This document shows, in pieces, positions 48,533 to 64,000 of a stretch of 64,000 nucleotides of DNA. Source of the DNA: Vitrella brassicaformis CCMP3155 (Eukaryota > Protista > Chromerida); contig CDMY01000275.1 in assembly GCA_001179505.1 (NCBI GenBank), forward strand, positions 186,001 to 250,000, written 5' to 3'. The position numbers and the translations under genes are program-made. Each line of letters opens with the position of its first letter. Position 1 is the first letter of the stretch. The notes beneath the pieces were generated by a model that worked only from the letters and a program-made list of their open reading frames with translations, did no database searches and had not been told where the DNA came from.

Positions 48533-50135
48533 ATGAAGTCGCCCTTGGAGCGTCCGACAAGAGGCAGGACGAACACCCTCTTCTGGCTGAGGCAGATGAT
48601 CAAGAAGCCACACGGCGCCGCTCTCTCCCTCTCCACCGACACATTAGATGCAGCCCGCCTCTCCCTCGAGCAACGAGAATACATGTACAGACAGGGACTA
48701 TGCGCAGCACACAATGTGTTCATCGGGGTCTCTGTGCTGATCAGATACGACGAGTGGATAGGTGACATCAACAAGTACCTGACGTGTGTGGCGTGCTTCG
48801 CCTATGCCATCATGGGCCTCATCACCATTGTCGTCATATCCGTGCACTGGTCAGCCACACACTGAGTCTCAATGAAGCATGGATGGCTGGCTCTTCGGAG
48901 ACGCGAGTGGCGTGTGTCCATCCATTTGTTCACGAATCAATCCATCAGGATGGACGGGGAGACGTTTGTAATGCGTTGGTGTCTGCTGTTTCGTGTGTTT
49001 GCGTACGCCACCCTCATCGTGTCGTCGGTGCTGTCCCTCAACGACCGCGAGCCCTCCCACCCGGGGTACTACCTGCCGTGGCACGCCGTCTTGTTCATCG
49101 TCGTGGTCACCATCGTGAGCAGCTCCCGATATGGGGCCCACCCGCTGATGCATGCGTAAGCAAGCGGGGCTTGTGGGCGGCGGGAAAGGCATGCTTGGTG
49201 CTGCATGCCCCTGTGTCGTACGTCTGTGTGTGTGGGCAGTTATGGCTTGGTGACTGTTCTGGTGGATGCCATTCTTATCGCCTTCACGGTGAGCGCAGCA
49301 GCGATATGGGCACTTACATCTGTCTCTCATTGGCTCACTTGTGTGTGTTGCCCAGGATTGGCGGCTGAGGCTTTGCCTGGCAATCGTCCGCAGGTATGCT
49401 GCACACATTTCTTTGTCCATCCATCGCCTTGGTGTCTTGTATCGGTTGTGCCTCCAGAAAGCTCAATCTCGGCGAGATCACACAGTAAGCGAACTCTCTT
49501 GTGTGGCCGGCCATTCATGCATGTCTGTCTGTCTGTCTGTCTCACGGCTGGTTCCACGATCGACGGAGGCACGTGTGTGTGTTTTCATGGCTGTCTGTCT
49601 CCGTGTGTGTGTGCAGGTTGCACCTGCTGTCGTGGAAGTACCTGGCCTTCATCCCCTCAATCGAGCTCATTGACGTGTCCGCTCGACGGCTCCTGTGGCA
49701 GGACGCTGTGGTACGCACATGTCCGTCCCGTCCATCTACACGCGCACGCACTAAGGGCTCTCTGTTCGTCTATCGCAGGCCTTTGACGAGCTCCGAGACG
49801 TCGGTGGCATGAGGTCAGAGGCGGCCTTTGCCGACCAGGCTCGCGAGGAACGTAGGATGAGCGCCGCATACGAGGCCCCACTAGCCTCCCCTTCATCAGC
49901 AGCAGACTCCCCCAGGCCCAAGAAGGGCTCGTCCATCCAGTGGGTCGACCAGGCTAGGGGGAGCAAGGGTGATGATATCATTGGTGAAGGTGGCATCGGC
50001 AGGCCGCGGACACAGGTGACGATGCACAAGGGGTGGCTGTTCAGCGATTATTTGTTGGAAGAAGAGGTAGAACCGCCGCAACGTGGCGGGGTGGCCGTGA
50101 TGGGGCAGTCTGTGCAGAGACAGAGAAGCTTCTAG
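48533..50135 (+). CDS. GAP40: Glideosome-associated protein 40 (GAP40)-like polytopic membrane protein
   Basis: TDTLD...LEQREYMYRQGLCAAHNVFIG, GYYLPWHAVLFIVVVTIVSSSRYGAHPLMHA, LAAEALPG and LHLLSWKYL...ELIDVSARRLLWQ resemble apicomplexan GAP40 blocks as I recall them. Not database-verified. Confidence 0.7.
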
Positions 50136-50792
50136 GCCGGAAGCTTGATGTGCGGCCTCACTCTGAGTGCCACGGATTCTTTCTTCCATGCCTGACTGCA
50201 CTGCGTGCCGTGCGTATGTTCCGTGTGGCATTGTGGATGGCAGAGTGACCACGTCACGTGGTATTGATTGGATCATCAAGAAGATGAAGCGAGCAGAGCG
50301 TCTTGCTTGATATACTTAGTGCTTTGCACGGCAGTAGACAGAGTCCAAGCGAGGCCAGCCGTGCACTGCGCTCACTGCACGAGGGTTGTGCACATCCCAC
50401 GTGACGTGAGGCAGACAGTCCTTACACCGATCATAGCTAGCTCTACACATCATCTCATCATGCAGATGAGTAAGTAGCTCCACAGCTGGCTGTACACATC
50501 ACCTACCTGCCCACGGCCAGGCAACGGCGCATCCACATACACACACACGCACTCACACACGTATACATACATACAGTAGCATAGCAACACAACAGAAAAA
50601 GCGCTCCCTGCCGCGCCGCGAGTGACCCCACTCCACTCACTATCTCATCTCTCCGCTTCGCTGTCCAGCGGCGGATCTCCCTTGGCTATCTCCTTGACAC
50701 CCGCCCGCAGCTGAGGCTTCCCGGCACCCCGATCTGACACACACACACACACACACACACACACCCCATATATGGATTGGCCACTCCCTCCC

Positions 50793-51436
50793 TCACTCAG
50801 TCAAGTCACCCATGCCGTTGCCCTTGATGGTGACCTCCACTGTGCCATCCCCCACATCCATCTTTGCCACGTATGAGAACGCCCCGCAGTACTTGGGTGT
50901 GTAGTCGATACGGAATGCTGCAAACACACAAACACACACACACACAGGATGCAGTGACATCTGGAAGATGTCTAGTGCGACACGGATGGACCGTCTGTTC
51001 ACTTGTGATGCGATGTGCCCCTGATGCGGTGGGCGGCCGCCTGGATGCCGCGAAGTCAGAATCCGCCACCTCCTCCTCATCCAACTGAACACACACGTAC
51101 ACACACGCGGCAATGAGTGCCACGAACCGTCTGCCTCTGTATGCTGGATGCCGTGTGCGTGAGTGTGGTTCTGCTGACGTAGGTACATGTACCTACCTCA
51201 TTGATGCTCTCCAGATCTTCCCTCAGACTGATATCTGCGGATGGAGGTGTGATCTCCACCACTTTGACCTGTGCGTTCTTCGCCACTTTCAGCCGAAAGA
51301 AGGTCCGATAGGTGTTGTAAGTCCGCAGCATCCCGAACCGGACCAACACAGCATCGTCCCGCCCAGCGTCACCCGCAGCCGACTCATCGAATCGAAGCCC
51401 TTTCTTCGCTCCATCAGTCTTGACTCCTTTCTTCAT
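50793..51436 (-). CDS. Small protein resembling DUF4517/C20orf27 (UPF0687)
   Basis: Three exons. KGLRFDE...DAVLVRFGMLRTYNTYRTFFRL and FRIDYTPKYCGAF...VEVTIKG weakly resemble the recalled IHFDE...LVKVGFL...Y pattern. Confidence 0.45.
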
Positions 51437-51488
51437 CTCCTCCTCTCCCTTCCTCCCGATCGAGTTTACACATCACCAAGGGAAGGCG

Positions 51489-52828
51489 ATGGCTGCGCCC
51501 CTTCGCGAGTTCTGCTGCGGCTGCAGCCTCACATTTGGGGTACAGTACGCACACACAACACACAGCAAAGATTGCATGGCATCTGCGATGGTCGGTCGAT
51601 TTGTGTGTGAGCTGTGCTGTGCAGGTGCTGCTCATCGCAACGCTCCACCTGGTACGTACGTACCATGGACAGAGGAATCGCCCTCCCACACAGAACCGCA
51701 CCGGATGGACGAGCATTCAGCCCCTTTGTTCCTTCTTGTCCATCCATGAATCCATCCATCCCTCTGCAGATCCAGACGGTGATATTTGTTGCATTGACGA
51801 CGGCCACGCTGGTGTTGCGGGCGGAGGCGGGACCCACCCTATCAGACCAAGAAATTGCGCAACAAACATTGAGTACGGTACCCACCAGCCAGCAAACGTA
51901 CTGTACACACAAACTTGTATACTTTCGCCCTGTCTGTCCTGGACGTCAGCGGCCATATTCGGCTTGGTGGCGCTTCCCTTCATCATTACGGGTGGGTATA
52001 CATGCAGCCAAGCCCCGGTGGTCAACCATCATCCTCTTTCTGCATGTATGGCTGCTGGAGCTGCAGGGATTTGGGGCGCTCTGCGGCGAGTGGAGACCAG
52101 CGTGCGGCTCTACTTTGTGTTCCTCGCCATCAGCTTCGTCGTCGACGTCATATTCATCATTGTTGTCGGCGTGAAGACGGGGTTTTGCTCTAAGGCTTTC
52201 ATCCCCGGCGCGCTGACGTATGTATGCCGATCATGGAAGCGATGGATGGATGGATGGATGTGTGTGTGCAGAGAGCAAGGTGGCGAGGCCTTTGCCTGTG
52301 GGGCCACGCGTATGTTTGTGATAGTGTCGATGGTTTCGCTCACCTTGATCGAGGCGTACTGCCTCGCCACAGGTACGGAAGACAGACACCCACTGCTGGT
52401 GCACCACACACATGTGGCGTGGTGCGTCTGGATGTGTTGTTCCTCGTCGATGACTGCAGTGTGGTCATTAGCTGAAGACATCAAAATGGGAGGGAGCGGT
52501 CAGCCAGCACACGACGATAATGATTACATAATCCACGCACAGATGGACGGTTGGTCCACGTGTCTGTCTGTCCTTCATGCGTCACACATTTCACATCACA
52601 CACGAGTGCAGGCACAGGTTTCCCCCAGCTTAGGAAAAACGCCGCCATGAAGGCACAAAGCGCAGCGACATTCCGTAAGCTACTCTGCAGACCAAAAACA
52701 GACCGAGAAAAGCGGTCGATTGTTTGTCTTATCCCTCTGCCCCTCCCTTGGTTTGGTCAGGTGGCGACCTGACCTATTTTCCTTCGTTCGAGGCATACGG
52801 CTCACTGGCCGCACCCACACTCGGGTAG
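51489..52828 (+). CDS. Four-TM (tetraspan-like) membrane protein
   Basis: MAAPLREFCCGCSLTFGV, four hydrophobic helices, a Cys-containing loop (GFCSK...AFACGATR) and VWSLAEDIKMGGSGAGFPQL. The exon chain ends ...AAPTLG* at 52828. Confidence 0.75.
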
Positions 52829-53448
52829 GTACCAACCAAAGAAAGGCGTGACAGCCGCAGCCCCTCCTTCACCCATACACACACCTACTGATTGCATGTT
52901 GCCTCCCTGCCTTGTCTCTATCATAATATCAGAGGGAGCAGACGGTTTTTCGGCGGGACCAAGCACGTCATTGACTTCCCCCCGCCGCCCGAGTGACAAG
53001 ATAGCCGAGCCATGGGCCCGCACATGTAAATACAGACAGACGCACATCACATGCATGTCCCGTTGCTGCACAAGGAGGGGGCCGGCCGCGAGCGGCGGCT
53101 CTCCTTCCTCCCCTTTTCGCGGCAATGCAATGGGCTGACGATCGTATCATCTACTGGCTAGCTATGTCTTGGATGGACAGATTGGCAACGGCCATCCTTG
53201 TGAGCACTGGTGCATTGTAAGACCTCGGTGTGTGAGAGTGCCTACACGCATCCATGTCGCTGGAACGAAGCATATGTCGGTAGCCAACACGCGTCACCCA
53301 TCTGTGCCATACCATGCATCGGTCGGTCGGACAGAAATTAGCCAGCTCATCAAAACACTCACACACATGAACACATCGACACACGTCCTCTTCCCATACA
53401 CAGAGAGAGGGCTCACATTTCGTGGTCGCACGACCTTGACGAATGTCC

Positions 53449-56400
53449 TCACTTCTGTCCTCTGGGTATGTGGTCGCCCAGCAGTCGTTTTTCCCTGCCG
53501 GCCTCCCGCCGGTGCGGAGACCTCTCCCGCCCCCTCATCGACTGCCGATCATCCCTGTCCCTCTCCCGATCCCTCTCGCCGCCCCTGTCGCCCCGACTAT
53601 CCGTGGCCACCATCCGCTGCGGCCCATTGTCCCGACTTGCCCTGTCGTTGTCTGGCCGGTCATTCGGCTGGGCACCACGATCGCCCAGTCGGTTCTTGGG
53701 TGGCGAGGGTCGATGCGGATGGGGAGGCGACCAACCGAAGGGGTTGCGAGGTCGGCGGTCGATGTCGTCACGGCCGCGGTGGCGTCGATCGTCGTCGTGC
53801 CTGGGGCGCCTGTCGTCGTCTCTTGTGTCCCCCCTGTCGCGCGAGAGGTCCCTCGAGATGGGCTCCCTGCCCCGCGGCCTCTTGCCGTCGTCACTCTCTG
53901 CGCCTCGCCGATGCCGGCGGCCGCTGTCGCTGTCGCTGGAGGACTCCTCGGACGAGCTGCTGTGGCGGTGCTTCTTCTTTCTGTGCTGCTTGTCCGCACT
54001 GTGATGGTGGTGATGGTGATGATGTTTCTTGTGCCGCCTGCGCTCCCGGTGGTGCTCGTCAGATTCGTCTTCATCTGAATTGCTGCCCTTATCCTTGCTG
54101 TGCCTCTCGTGACGCCCGCGCCTCTCAGCCTCTTCTCTCCGACGCCTTTTGTGTGCAGACGAGCGAGATCGAGAGCGGCTCTTGATGTCCTGGGCGTGAC
54201 GCCGGTCGCCCAGGGCCCGCTTCCGCGACACTTTCACGGCCTCTCGTCGCTCATTATCCTTGCTGTCCCCCTTGGCCTTCATGCCGTCATCATCTGCACG
54301 CCCCTTGCGATGCGGAGAAGTGGCCGCCTTGGCAGCTACCTCCTTCTGATGACCGGGGGCCGCCTCACCGACCGCGCCGCCGCCCTGCCTTGCGTCCTTT
54401 GCGGCATCCGCCTTGGCATCCTCTGCAGCTGCGGCGGGGGCCGACTTGTCGCTCCCGCCTTGAGCTGCCTGCTTGGGTGAGGTGGCGCGAGCAGGTGGGT
54501 CAGACGGGGCGGGCGGAGGTGACTCGGTGGGCACCGGAGGGAGAGAGGGATGCTCAGATGTGATGGATGACGTGGACGAGAAGGGCCTGGGCTGCTTGCC
54601 GGCGTCCGGAGGCCTCCGTGGCCTGGCCGCTCCCTGCGGGCTGTACGACACTGAGCCGGCGCCAAAGCCAAGTGTGAAATCAGGCTTGTTGCTACTCTGC
54701 TTTGGCCGCTTGTCGTCCTTGCGGTCGTCCTCATCGCTGCTGACGGTCTCGAGACCCTCAGGTGCCTCACGGCGGGCCGGCTTCGGCAGCCACGGGGATG
54801 GCTCCGTGACGCCAGGGATGGGCGGCTCCTCAGACACATCGCCGCACATGGGGTCCTCGCTGATCGGCGGGGCGGTCACTTTGGGCTTCCTGGGCGGCGA
54901 CGGGGGAGGTGCGGGGGCGTGCACGCGCATCAAGGACTGCAGCATGCCCCGCACGCCGTCGGCAGAGATGACCGTCGAGGCCCTCTCGGCGTATCGTGAC
55001 ACGAAGAGCTCCTTGCCGAATGCTGGCCGCCGGGTGAGGTGGTTCCTGTCCTGCTGCCTCTGCTGTGCCTCTTCCATGAGGTGCTCGCCGTGCAGCCATT
55101 TGTCGGCACTGATGGCCTCGCATGGGAAGGAAAACAGAGGCGGCTGGCAGTCCTCAAAGGCGAGGTCAAACCCATCCTCGGGCGGGGGGGCCGGGGTGAA
55201 AGGCGGTGGGGGAGGCGGCGGCTGGCCGGGCACACCAACGAGCTCTGATTGATGAGGGGGCGACACAGACGAATTGCCTGCAGGCTCGCCATGAGTGGGG
55301 GGTCTGTAGAGTGTGCTTACGGCTGTTGGGTCGATTGTCGATGTAGCTCTGTTTGAGACGCTCCGATTCCTGCGTGTACGACGACAGGCCGATCTGGCCT
55401 GCACCCAAAATCATCTGCTACAAGCAGACGCAAGACAGCACGACACAATAGTGACTTGCACGCCACAGCAAACAGCGGCTGACTCTCGTCACACGGACCT
55501 GATTCAGTGCCAGCCGGTCACTGTATTCGGCCCTGGCCTCAGCGGCCGACTTGCCCTTGCCCTTGTCCTCCTCCCCTCTCGTACCAGCCTGCTCCTGATT
55601 CTTGTGCCTCTTGCGGTCGAGGAGGGCGCGATGCTTGCCCTCGATGGAGTTGAGCCCCACACGGGACCCCTTGACGAGGAACTCCCTGACGTAGTTGGCC
55701 AGCTGGGTAAGGTGGCCCTTGGCCTTGGCCACCTTGGGGTCTGAGATGAATCCCGCACCGCCGCCCTCCTTGTAGCCCCAGTTGGCAGGGTCCAGCACGA
55801 ACAGCATCGAAGGACCCTTACTGGTCGGCTGGTGCTGATGGCCGTCGGGGACCTTCACGCGCGGCATGTGGACGGCCCCCTTGAGCTGCTGCGCCTCCAG
55901 GATGCACTCGCCGATGCGCTCGAGGTGGGCGATGTCGAGGGATGGGTCGGTGAGGGGGCATATGTCGAAGTCGATGACGGGTGTGTTGAGGACCTTGCCC
56001 TTGATGTCGTCCACTTCCTTGGCGAGGGTGTCGCGGGCACCGCCCAGGGCGATCCACACCAGCTGGTCGGCGGGCAGTGACGCCCGCTCGCGGCAGGGGT
56101 GGAAGCAATCGGGCAGGGGAGATGAGGCGTCATCATGAAGCGCCTGATGGGAGGGGAGGGGAGGAGCGAGGAGAAGGACGGAGTGACGACCTGTCGATAG
56201 TAGCAGAAGTGCATGCCTACCACTTGTGTGTGGTCTGCTGCTCTTCTCAGCGCCTGAGCGTCGATGTCCATGTGAAGGGCGGCCAGGAGCTGGGCGTAGA
56301 GGGCGCACCGCTCCACCTGCTCGTCCAACATGTAGGGAGGCGAACCAGACCCTATCACCCAGTATATCACTGACACACACGCACACACACACGAGATGTC

Positions 56401-58531
56401 ATGCGTCCGTCCATGTGTGTGTGTCCATCCCTGTGTTCGTGACTCACTCTGATTTTTGTTCCTCTCCTTGTCTGCTCTCTGCAGCCAGTTGAGCACCGGT
56501 CGCTTGAGATAGTAGGGCACCTGGATGGCCGCCACGTCCGACCGCTCCCTCACCTCGTTCCACAACGACGTGACGGCGTCGAGGGCAGCCAGCGGCCCAC
56601 CCTGCAGCAGCACCTTCTTGGGCATGCCGCCCTGCTTGACCACCTCCAGGCCGTGCATCTGCCACTTGCCCTTGACGCTCTCCAGCACCTGCCCCAGCTC
56701 CCTCATGCGGTCCTCGCCGTCCCTGACCAGCCGACCCATCTCGCCTCGGTAACCCGCTATAAACGACAGACGCCAGTCGGGCACAGACAGGAAGACGGAC
56801 ACCACACTCTGTTTGAAGCGCTCGATGCGGGAGGTGGGGGCGGTGCTGTCGGCTGGCTGTTCGGCCGTGGGTGAGGCGGACGGGTCGTGAAGGGCCCCGA
56901 TGACCCGCAGCCATGATGTGAGGATGGTCTGGCGCTGCTCGAGGGATGCGGGGGAGGGGGAGGGGTCGGCCGTCAGCTGCAGGCGATGCTCCTCGAAGCT
57001 GGGCGAGCAATCGTACAGCTGCAGCTCCCTGAGGTGGGCAGAGAACACAACAGCGACGGGTAGGTGTAGGAGCGCGTGTGTGTGGGATGTCTCTCGGTCT
57101 CATGGTTACCAGATGGGAGCGATTTTGGCCTTGGCTGATGCATTGTGCCATCCGGGTGGTGGCTGCAGCTTGAGTTTGAGCCCCAGGAGGTGCCTCAGAG
57201 ACACGTCCAGCGCCTTGAGGGTCCTGACCATCTCCTCCGTCACAAATACCGACTTGAGGTACGGCTCAGATGCGCCGGCCGCTGCAGCGGCCATGGGCGG
57301 GGCCGCCACAGCATGACCCACGGGCGACAACGGACCTCTACTGTGGCTGTCTGTCGGGCTGCACCACACACACACACAGACATACGAAACGATCAGTCCT
57401 TGGTGGGAGATTTCAATGGATGCCTACGAGCGCGTCTCATTGACTGACCTGGGAGTGGGTGTCTTAGCTGTTGCAGCCGATGAGCCATCCTCCTTGGTCC
57501 CCGAGTGTGAGGTGGCCTTCTTGTCCTTTTTCTTCTTGCTGCGCGTCGACAGCCGCACGGGTTTGCCGCACGCCGGCGACGGCTCGCCCTTATCGCCTTT
57601 TTTCTTGAGGCTCATCACCTTCACCTTGGCCGCTGGGTGGGCAGATGCAGCCAGGGGCTGCGGCGACGCGCCATCGGCGGTTTGCGAGTCGAGACTCTGC
57701 TGGCTCTCGCCGGGCTGCGGGGACTGGGGACGTGGCTCATGGAAGGGGGCCGGGGGCGACGGCATGAAGTCGTTCTTGGGCTTCTTGACAACACCCTCTC
57801 CATCTCCCCCTCCCAGCCCCTCTTCGTCTAGCTTGCGCTTCTTGTGTGGTTCCTGAGCGTCATCGACGGCCATCGGGCCCGCAGCAGACCGGCCGTCGAC
57901 CGCTGCAGGTCCTGGGACGGCCTCGTCGGGCGCCTTGTCGTCACTGACGGCTGCCGAGGCGTTGAGCACGGGTGGCTGGGGGGTATCCGATGTGAGAGAG
58001 ACGTCCATGAGGTCATCGGGTTCAATGCCACCCTTGGACTTCTTCTTGGCCACCCTCCGCCTCTTCTTGATGCTCTTGGGACCGTTGGCCAGCCCAGGCA
58101 GCAGATCCTCCTTGTCACGGCTGGCCTTGATGCCCTTGTCCTCTGGACGGCTATCTGCTGACGGTACGGCTGGCGGCTGCGCCCCGAGACCGAATGGCCT
58201 GGGCGGTGAGTCGCCCGCCATCATCTCGTCGTGTGCGTGGCCGCCATCGATGGGCGCCGAGGGCTTCGCGAGACTATCAACATGGTTGCTGTGGCCGTGG
58301 CCGGAGATGGTGTCATTCCGGGCATGAGGACGTGACGACGATGGCACAGCTGCAGCCGAGGGGCCAGACGCATTGTCCTTGTCTGGATCTGCTTGACACA
58401 CACAAGAGGGAGAGTGAAGAAGGGCGACACAACGTGATCTGAGAAGGCTTCGTACCTGAAGGTTGTGCCCTGAGGACGGATGTGTCAGGCTCAGGCAATC
58501 TGTCCCCAGTCAGCTCATCAGCAGTCGTCAT
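53449..58531 (-). CDS. Large hypothetical, probably nuclear protein: disordered N-terminus, globular core, and R/S/D/H-rich tail
   Basis: Phase-consistent exon chain from ATG 58531 (MTTADELTGDRLPEP) through long ORFs 58397-57430, about 57350-57130, about 57025-56450, about 56130-55495 and about 55395-53449. It has K-rich NLS-like clusters, a His7 run and an RS/RD-rich C-terminus. Confidence 0.65.
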
Positions 58532-59415
58532 GGACAAGAGGACGCTCTCGCCAACATCGGATTCAACGCGGCAATCTCGCTATCTAAAGGCACGATGGGT
58601 CTCAGTGACTGCACTATGAGCCTCACGCACACGGGGGGAGTGGCAGAGGCCGAGAAACGCCGATCTGTGGTGCGAGCTATAGGGAACGACGAGAGCAGGA
58701 GCATGCCGTGTCATAGTAAGAGCCTGGTAGTAATCGCCTGCCTCTGCAATGCGGTATTCTGATCTTTCGCTTCCCACTCGCTGCACTGGCAGATGGATCA
58801 GCAAGCCCGAGGCAGAGAGCGACAGTCACTCTTCAAGCGGCAAGCCCGCCACCTCCCGACACCCTTGACGCTTCCCACGAGCGTCACGGGTCGCGTGGAT
58901 GTGTGCGTGCACTCTCGATCTCTGCAATGAATGATTCACTCATGAACGGCTCGGCCCGGCTGTTGGCAGCCCTCCCTCCATGCCAGCGCCATATCTGAAT
59001 CCTCTCGTCTGTCTGGCTGATGTCATCTACACAAAAAGGATGCCATCGTCGGGTAAGACTGTCCGAATGCGAGCGCGCAACGATGGCCGGAGATCATTTA
59101 AAACCACGCACGGGACATGCACTGCACACACGGCCGGACAGGTAAAAATCGAGGCAGGCAGGCAGGCAGGCTGTCTCTGGAGCCTCCGCTCATGATAAGG
59201 CACATGCAGGCAGCACATCACATCAGTTGGTGTAAAAATCATCAACAGATAAGCAGACATTGCTGTACAGTACAAGGGCAGGCCAGGGGCTCGCTGTACA
59301 GAGAGGAGGGAGCAGGGAGGGAGGGAGGAGGACAAAGGCATGGATAAACAGGCGCTTGAAAGGAAAAGAGCGCCAGTCAGTCAGATATCCCCTTGTTTGT
59401 TTCGCCATCGGATAA

Positions 59416-63088
<3,673 letters not shown>

Positions 63089-63124
63089 TCGCAGACAAAA
63101 CGAAGCGGAGAGTGCCAAGGGTTG

Positions 63125-63138
63125 AGGGTTTAAACCCT
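63125..63138. promoter_or_regulatory. Perfect 14-bp palindrome AGGGTTTAAACCCT (two back-to-back telomere-like AAACCCT half-sites)
   Basis: The sequence is self-complementary and lies 36 nt upstream of the CDC48 ATG in a divergent region. A regulatory role is inferred only. Confidence 0.4.
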
Positions 63139-63179
63139 ACTCTGAATTAGAAAGGACCCAACACCTGATTAGTAGGTCA

Positions 63180-64000
63180 ATGGACGAAGAGTGTCATGAA
63201 TTCCTTGACAAGGCCAATCGGCGGTATGTAAGTGGCTGTGGCGAGAGTTTCAGGTGCAGGGCTCGAGGAACCCCTCATTTTCCGTCCCGAAGCTCATGTC
63301 GAGAAAACGAGACGGGCGAGAAAAGGATACAAAGACTCTCAGCCGCAGGACACGTTTATGACAAGAGAAGATTGCCATCTTTTCCCGGATGAGAGGCTCC
63401 CACCACGATCTCGGCAGCCGGTCGATGCCCTGTCGGCCTGACTCCGGGAGGCGGCTTACGCCTTTTTTCATACTTCCTGAGGATGAGGTGCAGCCACAGC
63501 CTAAGGGCGGCGTCAAGCGCAGTCCCAGCCGCAGCCCCAGACGTCGCAGCCCTTCGTGGCTCCATTCGACAAGAACGAGAACCGCAGGTTCACGTGGGTT
63601 CAGGGGACGGAACAAACGCGACTACCGAAAGACCTGTGGCTGTCTCTGTGTGTGCAGTGAGAAGTTGATTCAGGCGGCTGATGATGTCTATTGGATGATG
63701 TGACTCCAGCCGCTTCGGCACACCTGCTTTACCGCTGGAAACGATAGACACTGCCGAGAAGGTACAAAAGACTCACTGTCTGACCGGTGGGATCGACAGG
63801 CGGTGGCTCGACTTCCTCGATATCGAGCCCCACGTGGCCAAATGCCTCGAGCGCACCAACCAAACAGACGCCTTCATCAACAGACCACCGCTACCGCCCC
63901 CAGCCAGCCCCGCCGCCGCAGCACCAACAGAAACACGAGCAGGCGCATCACCATCGAAAGCGGCAGGTATCGATAGTGGCAGCGGCAGCATGCAGCTCGA
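63180..64000 (+). CDS. 5' part of a hypothetical gene running off the window
   Basis: There are splice-like sites and an open frame THCLTGGIDRRWLDFLDIEPHVAKCLERTNQ... that reaches the window end. The start and exon chain are unresolved. Confidence 0.35.

Noticed and set aside
53468-55252. Long plus-strand ORFs antisense to the R/S-rich gene (also 32484-33512, 46588-47592, 62234-63133)
   Set aside because: These are shadow ORFs expected opposite GC-rich coding sequence with strong third-position bias. They have no independent motifs.

Overview
This is intron-rich, GC-rich eukaryotic genomic DNA with two 300-N assembly gaps. The source is inferred, not proven, to be a chromerid alveolate, most likely Vitrella brassicaformis. 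The inference rests on a GAP40-like gene, a plastid-targeted CDC48, Vitrella-type expanded orphan families and microsatellite-filled GT-AG introns. I reconstructed about 23 spliced genes by hand, mostly in alternating head-to-head and tail-to-tail pairs. Recognisable genes are the 3' end of a flavin amine oxidase, ATG14/UVRAG-like, WDR74/NSA1, type I DnaJ, an EGF-TM protein, a single-domain voltage-gated channel with EF-hands, a multi-cNMP-binding protein, a short MED14, a LAMMER/CLK kinase, a GH81 glucanase-like protein, NADH-cytochrome b5 reductase, GAP40-like and a plastid (SELMA-type) CDC48. The rest are orphans. Top observations: (1) a 589-bp 5'-truncated RLE-type non-LTR retrotransposon with an exact 13-bp target-site duplication and an oligo(C) rather than poly(A) 3' end; (2) a membrane-anchored GH81 with degenerate catalytic motifs; (3) a BacNav-like one-domain channel (filter TLEAWAS) whose ATG is about 50 nt from a divergent cNMP-binding gene; (4) introns with complementary (CA)n and (TG)n tracts at opposite ends; (5) a MED14 with no room for its tail-binding C-terminal half. 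Family assignments come from motif recognition from memory; no database searches were run. Exon structures are manual predictions.
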